Source: Cyanobacteriota bacterium
GTDB taxonomy: Bacteria; Cyanobacteriota; Cyanobacteriia; Thermostichales; Thermostichaceae
Reading direction: 5' to 3'
DNA length: 16,984 nt
Assembly (NCBI GenBank): GCA_033764955.1
Contig: JANRIL010000036.1
Coordinates: 1 to 16,984 of the forward strand
Part shown: one piece after another, positions 9,340-16,474 of the stretch
Layout of the letters: every line of letters begins with the position of its first letter
Position numbering within the stretch: position 1 is the first letter of the stretch
The notes under the pieces: generated by a model
The model's database searches: none
What the model saw: only the letters and a program-made list of their open reading frames with translations
What the model was told of the DNA's origin: nothing
Position numbers and translations under genes: made by a program

Positions 9340-9757
9340 TTGAGTAAGGAATTAGAAAATATTCGAGATGAGCAGATCCGGAGATTGGTTTACACACTTT
9401 TGTCGTTCCTCAATCCACGACAAGACGCAATCGTTCTCTACCTTTATCGGGAAGCGACACGCGAGAAGATGGGTTCACGGATCCACTTCAATGTAAATGA
9501 TTTGCTAGAAACGTTAGGCTACTCTAGAGCAAGAAATGGTTTTTTTTCCGGCAAAATATCGTTCTCAGCTTCATCGTGATCTGGTTGCATTGCATCGCAC
9601 TGAGTTATTATTTGCTGGGTCATCGCAGGGTGCTAAAACAGAAGAAATTTTCTGTACAATCCATCCACATCAAACAAAACGATGTCGTGTGAGGAAAAAT
9701 GTCATCATAGCTATTCTTCGTTGTGGTGAAGTGAAATGGTTCCGTGTCTGCGGCTAG
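9340..9757 (+). pseudogene. Frameshifted fragment of a cyanobacterial plasmid-type (possibly replication-related) protein
   Basis: Two short ORFs join by removing one T from the T8 run at 9540-9547, giving ...NDLLETLGYSRARNGFFPAKYRSQLHRDLVALHRTELLFA. The resemblance to plasmid Rep-like proteins is from memory and unverified. Confidence 0.45.
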
Positions 9758-10054
9758 GGGTTAGACCTGCTCTGGAATAAAGCTAGAACGGGGGAAACTT
9801 GGGCTATTACAATGACGGCTTTTTCGATTACAAAAGGAACCCGCCTGCCAGGGACTCCACATTGGCGCATATAAAATTACCTGCTCAATATCAAAACATG
9901 CCATTATTGCTACATGCACACAGCAATTCCCATTTTGACTAGCAACTTGTTCAGGCTGCCAAATCTAGAACGACGGAATAGGTTTTTCAAAAAAGGCTAT
10001 TGAGACTATTCCCAATAAGCTCAAGTAAGATTTTCATAATGAGAATTGTTGACA

Positions 10055-10412
10055 AGCACAAGCTGTTTTAACCTCTTGACAAGCCTAATGCAGCACCACC
10101 GCCGCCTCTCCCAAACGTTCTGGACTACTAGCCTCAACCACCACCAACGACATCATCAACCTCACGCTATCAACGAGGATAAACTGCTTGAGCCCTTTGG
10201 TCTGTTTGCCAACATCAAAGCCGTAGACCTCCCCCTTTTTTTCCTCGTTTTCACCGACTGAGAATTGAGCAGGCCAGTGTTTGCCTGGGGTTTCTTGCCG
10301 ACGGCTTCTCGTAGTTGGACTCTCAGCTCATCAACCACCGCCTGCCAGATGCCCAGTTTCTGCCACAAGCGCAAATAGCCATAGACCGTCTGCCACTTCG
10401 GTAAGTCATTAG
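10055..10412 (-). mobile_element. IS5-family transposase remnant (internal fragment)
   Basis: DLPKWQTVYGY.R.WQK.GIW...NSQSVKT, then an A7G5 slippery run (10231-10242) leading in another frame to EVYGFDVGKQTKGLKQFILVDS...EASSPERLG. Catalytic DSQSVK is decayed to NSQSVK, with an in-frame stop at 10085-10087. N- and C-termini absent. Confidence 0.88.
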
Positions 10413-10498
10413 ATTGAGAAATACCCCGGATCCATAACCTCCAACCCCAAAGATCCCCCAGCAAACATCACCACCACAAACCCCACCACCCGATTCAT
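10409..10498 (-). CDS. 29-aa hydrophobic peptide or gene truncated at the IS5 junction
   Basis: MNRVVGFVVVMFAGGSLGLEVMDPGYFSI*. ATGA overlap with the upstream gene; ends where the IS5 similarity begins. Confidence 0.4.
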   Translation of the reverse strand: MNRVVGFVVVMFAGGSLGLEVMDPGYFSI

Positions 10499-10770
10499 CG
10501 TTTTTGCTCCAACTTATCCAGCCGAGACAGAAAATACTGCGTATGAACCTGATTCGCCGCCGAGATCCGATTGAGTTGATCCACATCCTTCTGCAACCCC
10601 GACAACTCCTGCGAGATCACCCCCAACCGCTCCTGGGTCTGCAACGCCTGTTCCTGCAAGCCAAACCCCAGCGAAACAAGCTTCAGCAACCCCGCCACCA
10701 TCAGCCCCTGAAACACCTTCCCATCCGTCAACCAGCCGATTACCGTTTGAAATTTGCTGTCCATACTCAC
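10495..10770 (-). CDS. Small membrane protein, one TM helix plus coiled coil (holin-like architecture)
   Basis: Hydrophobic VFQGLMVAGLLKLVSLGFGL followed by a heptad-like tail ending SRLDKLEQKR. GTGA overlap with the upstream gene. Confidence 0.65.
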   Translation of the reverse strand: MSMDSKFQTVIGWLTDGKVFQGLMVAGLLKLVSLGFGLQEQALQTQERLGVISQELSGLQKDVDQLNRISAANQVHTQYFLSRLDKLEQKR

Positions 10771-11471
10771 CGCACCACCACAATCTGAGCCACGTCATAG
10801 GATCCGTTCCGCAGCGAATACAACTCCCCATTCACCCGCTGATAGAACTTCACCCCCACCGCCCCCAAGGTCAGCAAAGCCGGATCCATAGGCAACGGCA
10901 CACTCCACTCCACCGGATCCCCTACCACCGCAAACGCCGTCATCCCAACTTGAACCACAGCCAAAAAGTCCGGATCCAAATTCACCTGAGCCACCAGCGC
11001 CACCACCGAGATATCAGTCGTCCCCGGCGGCGCATAAATATCTCTAGGAGCCAGCACCCCACCCCCCATTTTCGCCACAGTGAGCGCATCCCCCACCACG
11101 CCAACAGCCAACGGAGCCACCGAAGTCAAATTCGAGTTCCCATTCAACTCAAACTTAGGCAACACCTGACGCGCCTCGCTAATGGAGAGGATCCGTTTGC
11201 CCCGCTCATGATCCGGATCCAACGCCACCCCAGAGCGCACCACCTGCACCATCCGCCCCGCCAGATAGCGGTCACCCACATCCAGCCCCCGCAGCGCATC
11301 CCGAATCACCTTCGCCTGTTTAGCCGCAATCGCAAATTCCGAATTATTTTCCTTAGTTCGTTCCGCCGTCACCTCACGGGATCCAGCCGCCTTACTCACC
11401 GTCCCTTCCCGACTAAACGTCAGACCACCCACCGTCCCTTGCAGTTGAATAATCCCCGTATTCCGTGCCAT
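10767..11471 (-). CDS. Conserved hypothetical protein (MARNTGIIQLQGTVGGLTF... family)
   Basis: 234 aa from ATG 11471 (alternative TTG start at 11483), AGAGG upstream. Motifs RTKENNSEF..A...K..R.AL and GVKFYQRVNGELYSLRNGSY. Confidence 0.85.
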   Translation of the reverse strand: MARNTGIIQLQGTVGGLTFSREGTVSKAAGSREVTAERTKENNSEFAIAAKQAKVIRDALRGLDVGDRYLAGRMVQVVRSGVALDPDHERGKRILSISEARQVLPKFELNGNSNLTSVAPLAVGVVGDALTVAKMGGGVLAPRDIYAPPGTTDISVVALVAQVNLDPDFLAVVQVGMTAFAVVGDPVEWSVPLPMDPALLTLGAVGVKFYQRVNGELYSLRNGSYDVAQIVVVR

Positions 11472-11527
11472 TTTGGATCCCAATAAACCTCTATTGCCAC
11501 AGTAGTCAGGATCAATTCAGCACTCCA

Positions 11528-11546
11528 GAGCAACTGACTAGGCAAG
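11528..11546. repeat. 19-bp direct repeat, copy 1 (candidate operator)
   Basis: GAGCAACTGACTAGGCAAG, 17/19 identical to 11761-11779. Confidence 0.6.
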
Positions 11547-11717
11547 CACAGGAGCAAGTTTAGTCATGGATTGTTGTGCCAACGGAGAGGGAGAAGACTT
11601 CCCACTTTCCCACCGAACAACTGTGGATGTGGTGCAACCCAAAGCCGCTGCAAATTGTTCCTGAGTCATCCCCAGAGATAAGCGCAATTGTTTGATTTTG
11701 GCTTTTTCCATAGTCAT
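11538..11717 (-). CDS. XRE/Cro-family helix-turn-helix regulator, 59 aa (not in the ORF track)
   Basis: MTMEKAKIKQLRLSLGMTQEQFAAALGCTTSTVVRWESGKSSPSPLAQQSMTKLAPVLA*, a classic HTH_3 pattern. G-rich RBS upstream. Confidence 0.92.
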   Translation of the reverse strand: MTMEKAKIKQLRLSLGMTQEQFAAALGCTTSTVVRWESGKSSPSPLAQQSMTKLAPVLA

Positions 11718-11760
11718 ACCCCCCCTTTTTCGACCCTATCACAGGCATTCTTAAAGACCT

Positions 11761-11779
11761 GAGCAAACGACTAGGCAAG
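11761..11779. repeat. 19-bp direct repeat, copy 2 (candidate operator)
   Basis: GAGCAAACGACTAGGCAAG, 44 nt upstream of the HTH start codon. Confidence 0.6.
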
Positions 11780-11786
11780 TGAGCAC

Positions 11787-11832
11787 CGTTGCCGTATCAA
11801 ATCCATATCGTTGCCGTATCAAATCCATATCG
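11787..11832. repeat. Perfect 22-bp tandem repeat, two copies
   Basis: CGTTGCCGTATCAAATCCATAT x2 plus CG, in the divergent intergenic region between the HTH and Rpn genes. Confidence 0.9.
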
Positions 11833-11941
11833 GACCATCTCACCAGCTCGTAGCGGATCCGCCAGAGGATTTTGCTGCGGTGGGGAAGATTCCCTGTTCG
11901 TTAGTCGTGAAACCGTCGCCATCGGATCCTAAAATGAAACT

Positions 11942-12787
11942 ATGTATGATCCCATCTGTAAATTCCTAGTCGAACACTATTCTCAAGACTTTGCCACTTG
12001 GTTATTAGGGGCATCAGAACCCTTGACTGAAATCAAACCATCTGAGTTATCCTTAGAGCCAATTCGAGCCGATTCCATCATTCTTTTACAGTCGAAACAG
12101 TCCATTTTGCATTTGGAATTTCAAACCCAGCCAAAACGCAATATCCCCTTTCGAGTCCTCGATTATTGGGTACGGATCCATCGCATCTTCCCTGGTAAAG
12201 ATATCGTGCAAGTGGTGATCTATCTGGAACCCACCGGATCCGATAGGGTCTACGAATCTGCATTTGTACTGGGAACAACCCGGCATGAGTTTCAGGTCAT
12301 TCGCTTGTGGGAGCAGTCACCGGATTTGTTTTTACAAGCACCGGGATTATGGCCTTTTGTGATGTTGACCAAGGTATCGGATCCTGAAGCGATGTTACGA
12401 GATCTCAGCCAACGGATCGATCAATTATCGGATCCGCAGATGCAGAGCAATGTTTCAGCAGCAACGGCAGTGTTGGCTGGGCTAGTCTTAGATAATGAAA
12501 TAATCAATCGAATCTTAAGGAAAGACATCATGCGACAATCAGTGATTTACCAAGAGATCCAAGAAGAAGCGATTGCCGAACACAAACAAGAGTGGATCCA
12601 ACTGGGCAAACAAGAAGGGATCCAACTGGGTAAGGAGGAAGGCAAACAAGAAGGCAAACAAGAAGGCATCCAACAGGTCGCACTCAACCTGCTGAATACA
12701 GGGATGGATCCAGCTAAAGTCTCGGCAGTCACCGGATTGACCTTAGAACAAGTGCAACAATTAGCCCTAGACTCCCCATCTTCGTAG
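11942..12787 (+). CDS. Rpn family PD-(D/E)XK nuclease (recombination-promoting nuclease/putative transposase)
   Basis: MYDPICKFL, SELSLEPIRADS, ILHLEFQT, FRVLDY, VIRLWEQ, MRQSVIYQEI, GKQE repeats and a C-terminal helical tail VALNLL..G...AVTGLTLEQV. Confidence 0.93.
   Translation: MYDPICKFLVEHYSQDFATWLLGASEPLTEIKPSELSLEPIRADSIILLQSKQSILHLEFQTQPKRNIPFRVLDYWVRIHRIFPGKDIVQVVIYLEPTGSDRVYESAFVLGTTRHEFQVIRLWEQSPDLFLQAPGLWPFVMLTKVSDPEAMLRDLSQRIDQLSDPQMQSNVSAATAVLAGLVLDNEIINRILRKDIMRQSVIYQEIQEEAIAEHKQEWIQLGKQEGIQLGKEEGKQEGKQEGIQQVALNLLNTGMDPAKVSAVTGLTLEQVQQLALDSPSS
12530..12787 (+). CDS. Putative in-frame intragenic small protein (RpnS-type antitoxin), 85 aa
   Basis: TAAGGA at 12516-12521, 8 nt before an in-frame ATG (MRQSVIYQEI...). 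Covers the repeat and helical C-terminal domain. Confidence 0.55.
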   Translation: MRQSVIYQEIQEEAIAEHKQEWIQLGKQEGIQLGKEEGKQEGKQEGIQQVALNLLNTGMDPAKVSAVTGLTLEQVQQLALDSPSS

Positions 12788-12816
12788 GATCCGCCAAGAC
12801 CGAGAGGACTGAAAGG

Positions 12817-13176
12817 GTGCCCTTCCACCGCAAATCCAAACCCAGCATCATCAAAGACCAGGTGCGGCGACTCGCGCCCAAACTCAGCTACATCTCCGAA
12901 GCCGATGAGCCAGTGAAGTTAGCCCATTACCCCCTAGCGGTGAGCAAACTCTGTGATCGAGTAGCCCAAGGGGATCCGGTTACTCTCCAATCCGGTGAAC
13001 AATTCTTCGAACCGTTGTTGTTGGATCCCTATTGGTTCCGACTGTGGCGACTCCTACAACAAAGCCCCATTCCTACCCAAGTGCTGCGGCTAGGCCAGAC
13101 TCAGCAAGCCATCTTTATCCTCAACGGATCCGTGATTTTGGAAACCCAAGCTTGCATGGATCCAGAAGTGGCTTGA
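12817..13176 (+). CDS. Nuclease A inhibitor (NuiA)-like protein, divergent
   Basis: LSYISEADEP resembles NuiA LLFMSESEYP; central FF; QVLRLGQ resembles QVYRLGE; 119 aa. Confidence 0.7.
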   Translation: MPFHRKSKPSIIKDQVRRLAPKLSYISEADEPVKLAHYPLAVSKLCDRVAQGDPVTLQSGEQFFEPLLLDPYWFRLWRLLQQSPIPTQVLRLGQTQQAIFILNGSVILETQACMDPEVA

Positions 13177-13333
13177 ATCAAGCAAGCGCAACATTTCAGA
13201 TCTCTCAGATTAAAGACCTCACCACAACCAACGGATCCATCCTGGCAATTTTGTAGATCCAAGTTGCTGCACAATGCTTCAAGCAAACGGATCCGATTCG
13301 TTAGGTTAGCAGATGTGCTGTTAAGGGTTCGCA

Positions 13334-13867
13334 ATGACCGTTTTGAACAACAACCAGAATTTTGAAAAAGCTCTGGCCTTCACTCAAAAATGGGAAGGAG
13401 GCTTCGTAGACCATCCTGTGGATCCGGGCGGACGCACCAACTTCGGCATCACCCAATCCACCTACAATCACTGGCGCAACAGCAAAAATCTCAAGCCCCA
13501 AGATGTGAAACGGATCCAACCCTCAGAAGTTGAATCCATCTATCGAGATCTCTACTGGATCCCTGCTCATTGCGCTCAAATGGTCTTGCCCTTGGCGATT
13601 GCTCACTTCGATACCGCAGTCAATTTTGGCGTAACCGGATCCGTCAAGTTCCTCCAATCCGTACTCAAAGTAAAAGTCGATGGCCTCTGGGGATCCGTTA
13701 CCCAATCAGCCTTTGAACACTCAAACTGCAAACATACCGCTCAGCATTTAGTCGAAGCCCGGATCCGTTACCGCCATCAACGAATCCGAGAAAATCCCAG
13801 CCAACAACTCTTTCTGCAAGGATGGCTCAATCGTGACCAGGCTCTTCTTACTGTAGTCATGAGGTAA
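13334..13867 (+). CDS. Glycoside hydrolase family 108 lysozyme with C-terminal peptidoglycan-binding domain
   Basis: WEGGFVDHPVDPGGRTNFGIT (EGG catalytic motif), IY...YW, FDTAVNFG, VDGLWGSVT, FLQGWLNR. Confidence 0.95.
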   Translation: MTVLNNNQNFEKALAFTQKWEGGFVDHPVDPGGRTNFGITQSTYNHWRNSKNLKPQDVKRIQPSEVESIYRDLYWIPAHCAQMVLPLAIAHFDTAVNFGVTGSVKFLQSVLKVKVDGLWGSVTQSAFEHSNCKHTAQHLVEARIRYRHQRIRENPSQQLFLQGWLNRDQALLTVVMR

Positions 13868-13907
13868 ATGAGTCCTATGGAACGGGTGTAATTATGGAGA
13901 TTAATCC

Positions 13908-14195
13908 ATGACCACCCTACAGAAATTAAGTGATCAATTGTGTGAGTTAGAAGCCCGGATCCCTAAGTTAATGAAAGACGGAGATCCTAACCCAGAGCAA
14001 TTGGCAGAACTAGAATCTCAAGCCCATTGGCTGAAAAACAAACTCAAAGTCTATTACTCATTACGCGCTGCCTTTGATGCCCTACCTGAAAATGGTGCTG
14101 GTGAAGCATACGGCGACCTCCTCGACCAAATGGCAGACGTAAAAGCTGCAATCACCCAGAGAGTAATCCCCAGTCCTACGGAGCGGGTGAAGTGA
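13908..14195 (+). CDS. Hypothetical helical protein, 95 aa
   Basis: GGAG RBS upstream of ATG; amphipathic helical pattern; co-oriented with neighbours. Confidence 0.75.
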   Translation: MTTLQKLSDQLCELEARIPKLMKDGDPNPEQLAELESQAHWLKNKLKVYYSLRAAFDALPENGAGEAYGDLLDQMADVKAAITQRVIPSPTERVK

Positions 14196-14207
14196 CCGGA
14201 GTTAGGT

Positions 14208-14369
14208 ATGTCAAGAAGTGGCGATGCGATGATTGATTTCCTAGTGGCACAAGCCGAATGGGGAGCCGCAGATCTCAATGCAACCCAGCGAGACGAATTG
14301 CTAGAAGCCGAATGGGAACAGTGGGAGCAGATGAATGATGAATGCGGATCCCTGGATTACCCAGCCTGA
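14208..14369 (+). CDS. Small acidic protein, 53 aa (not in the ORF track)
   Basis: GGAG at 14198-14201, ATG at 14208, 12 nt after the previous stop. MSRSGDAMIDFLVAQAEWGAADLNATQRDELLEAEWEQWEQMNDECGSLDYPA*. Confidence 0.7.
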   Translation: MSRSGDAMIDFLVAQAEWGAADLNATQRDELLEAEWEQWEQMNDECGSLDYPA

Positions 14370-14486
14370 TGAATGAACTTGGGGTGAGTCTACTTGCCCC
14401 TTTCATGACGGATCCACAAAACACCTAGCCGCCCTTGTCTTGCTCAAGAAAGTGTAGCAAGCCCACCCCGGCACCCCACCCAGCGG

Positions 14487-14506
14487 CTTGACCCACCCAC
14501 CACCGC
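14487..14506. repeat. 20-bp dispersed direct repeat, copy 1
   Basis: CTTGACCCACCCACCACCGC, identical to 15671-15690. Flanked by GCGGC/GCCGC. Confidence 0.85.
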
Positions 14507-14916
14507 GCCGCAACCCCACTCCCAATCCAAAAAAGTGGGAGAACGGATCCGGAGCCTCTTGACCTGACAAAAACCCTACTGATTGGGAAGCACAGCAAAG
14601 ATCCAACCCCTTCCGACCCTTCTCTCTCCTGTGGACAAATCCCCAACTTCCGACTCCCCAGAAGCATCTATTCTCTCTCTTTCATCCCTAGCTATGGCAA
14701 AAGATGGTCAGCGGATCCAATGCTCTGGACTGGAATTCCTTCTGAGAACTGGTAAGCACCGGATCCATTCCATCAAACAGCTCATCAATTCAACCCAGGT
14801 TCTTAACCCGACCAAGGCAGCGTGGATCCTCCTTGCCAGCCGGAAGTTAGGCTTAAATCATCGCGGGCAGTCGGTCGGATCCGGGATCGCCGCAGACTTG
14901 ATGGAACCCAGAACAC

Positions 14917-15094
14917 CCTGAAATCGACCCCTGAGCATGGGAGCTGCCGCGTCTCACAGTCCAAGGGGTGAACTGTACTCTGGCAAAACTTTTTCCTACA
15001 GCGACAGGTCAGAAAAACTTCCAGCCCTACGGGTTGCCCTCGCCCCTTGACCTCCTCTGGCCTTGCTCCCTGGCACGGGGTTATCGATTTCAGG
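14917..15094 (+). promoter_or_regulatory. Long imperfect inverted repeat 1, candidate ssDNA (Frpo-like) promoter
   Basis: Nested pairings: 14917-14927/15084-15094 (11 bp perfect), CCCC/GGGG, 14939-14944/15065-15070, 14962-14971/15040-15049, 14990-14995/15012-15017. TTGACC at 15047-15052. Confidence 0.7.
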
Positions 15095-15104
15095 AGTTTG
15101 TCCT

Positions 15105-15527
15105 ATGTCCATTGAAAAGTCTGCCCTCTCCAGTAAGTTCCGCCCTCTCACCACCCGCGAACGGGATGAACAATCCACTTTCCGCAAACAGCAAGCCGTC
15201 TTTTACACACTTCGTTCCCTAGTCTGGGAAGAGTCTAAAGGTCGCATTTTCAAAGATGCAGTCGATGATGGCACGTTGGATCCGATTGCTCCCCCTATCC
15301 GGCAGAAAGACGGATCCTACAGCCGCCCAGAGTACGACCCGGCTGATATCAAACAGCTCTATGCCGAAGCCTGGGAACAGTTCAAAGATGAGTTCGACCG
15401 TGGCTTCATCAAAGCAAGTCTAGATGAGTTGGTGGAATTTGCCCGCAAGCACTACCAGCATGATCTCGAAAGTCTGTTGGCTCTGAATGCGGAGCGCAGT
15501 GCTGCACGGTACAGTCGAGCGATGTAG
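15105..15527 (+). CDS. Hypothetical protein, 140 aa
   Basis: AGGAG at 15092-15096 then ATG (MSIEKSALSS...); globular charged composition; followed by a terminator. Confidence 0.85.
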   Translation: MSIEKSALSSKFRPLTTRERDEQSTFRKQQAVFYTLRSLVWEESKGRIFKDAVDDGTLDPIAPPIRQKDGSYSRPEYDPADIKQLYAEAWEQFKDEFDRGFIKASLDELVEFARKHYQHDLESLLALNAERSAARYSRAM

Positions 15528-15535
15528 TTACAACA

Positions 15536-15568
15536 AGGCTGGGGGGATCCGTTCTCCTCAGCTTTTTT
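15536..15568 (+). terminator. Intrinsic terminator
   Basis: AGGCTGGGGGGA-TCCGT-TCTCCTCAGCTT stem with G-U pairs running into a T tract, 9 nt after the stop codon. Confidence 0.75.
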
Positions 15569-15670
15569 ATGGCCTCCCCCCGGATCCAAGGCACAGAGAA
15601 AAGGATCCGACCCGCTTCACACGTCGGTCAGTTGTTCAAGTGACGCGGATCCGCCTCACGACTGGGGGAA

Positions 15671-15690
15671 CTTGACCCACCCACCACCGC
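15671..15690. repeat. 20-bp dispersed direct repeat, copy 2
   Basis: CTTGACCCACCCACCACCGC, enclosed by the perfect 9-bp stem CTGGGGGAA (15662-15670)/TTCCCCCAG (15692-15700). Confidence 0.85.
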
Positions 15691-15984
15691 ATTCCCCCAG
15701 ACCCCCGGCTATCGCTCTCCCCTCAAAATGGATCCAGCAAACCCAGCCCAACTGCATGGAGATCTTGCCCAACCCAAACAATCAGGCAGAGTGAACTCAA
15801 CTTGGATCCCAACACCGAAAACAACCATCGTCTAAATGTCACCAGCGGATCTGTCCCCTCCAACAATGCTCATCCGCAGATAGTCCAGAGAGGATCCCTC
15901 ATCAACCACAACCCCTCGGATCCGTGATCACCACCAGCCCAGTCGAACTCATCCGACCACAAGAGAGGGTTAGCCTTGAAACCA

Positions 15985-16170
15985 GGGAAACCGGAATCAC
16001 AAACGCTGGCATCCTGCCTCTGCCAAAACACCCAGTAGGATCCTGGGAATGCAAGAGTCGTTCCCCCACTTTCGCGGCATAGTCTCGTGCCTGCGATATT
16101 CCACGTTGGATGAGCCTCGCTTGCATTAAGGGCAACGGCGAACGAGGAGCCATCGTGATTCCAGTTTCCC
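15985..16170 (+). promoter_or_regulatory. Long imperfect inverted repeat 2, candidate ssDNA promoter
   Basis: 15985-16000/16155-16170 (15/16), TGGCATCCT/AGGAGCCA, 16048-16055/16120-16127 (8 bp perfect), inner TCGCGGCA/TGCCTGCGA. TTGCAT at 16121-16126. Ends 2 nt before the ATG. Confidence 0.7.
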
Positions 16171-16172
16171 CC

Positions 16173-16445
16173 ATGAAATTCAAGTCCGTTCTCTTCTCTG
16201 CTTTACGTCTCGGTTCTCAATCCATGCTGGTACGGCGCTCGACAGATTCCTTCACAGGTTGGGTCGGAGTCTTCCGCTTCTCCACACTGGCAGCAGCAGC
16301 CAACTTCGCTCGTGCTTGGAGTGAGTACAGTCATGTCCAAGCTGGCTCACTATTCCAAGTGTCGGTTCCTGTAGCTGGATTCCCGCGTGAGTTCTGCACT
16401 CAGCCTTGGTTGAGTTTGGGCAAGGCAGCAGCCCTAACGCGCTAG
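16173..16445 (+). CDS. Hypothetical Ser/Ala/Phe/Arg-rich protein, 90 aa
   Basis: MKFKSVLFSALRLG...RRSTDSFTGWVGVFRFSTLAAAANFARAW...VSVPV. Bounded by hairpin 2 and a terminator. Confidence 0.7.
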   Translation: MKFKSVLFSALRLGSQSMLVRRSTDSFTGWVGVFRFSTLAAAANFARAWSEYSHVQAGSLFQVSVPVAGFPREFCTQPWLSLGKAAALTR

Positions 16446-16452
16446 TTGGGTG

Positions 16453-16474
16453 AGGGGCAATTGCCCCTTTTTTT
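16453..16474 (+). terminator. Intrinsic terminator
   Basis: AGGGGCAATTGCCCCT palindrome followed by a T run, 7 nt after the stop codon. Confidence 0.85.

Noticed and set aside
10162..10464. 100-aa ORF as an intact transposase
   Set aside because: The N-terminal part is unrelated sequence, the catalytic Asp is lost and the second frame has a stop; it is a remnant.
11560..11778. 72-aa minus-strand ORF from the track
   Set aside because: It overlaps, in another frame, the clear HTH gene at 11538-11717.
11787..11832. Possible CRISPR array
   Set aside because: Two abutting copies with no spacer and no cas genes.
10495..13867. Conventional tailed prophage
   Set aside because: Only a lysozyme, a holin-like ORF and an HTH gene are present; no integrase, terminase, portal, HK97 capsid or tail genes in the window.
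14403..14921. ORFs 14403-14606, 14425-14667 and 14583-14921
   Set aside because: Non-ATG starts, no RBS and low-complexity translations; the region looks like structured noncoding or decayed DNA.
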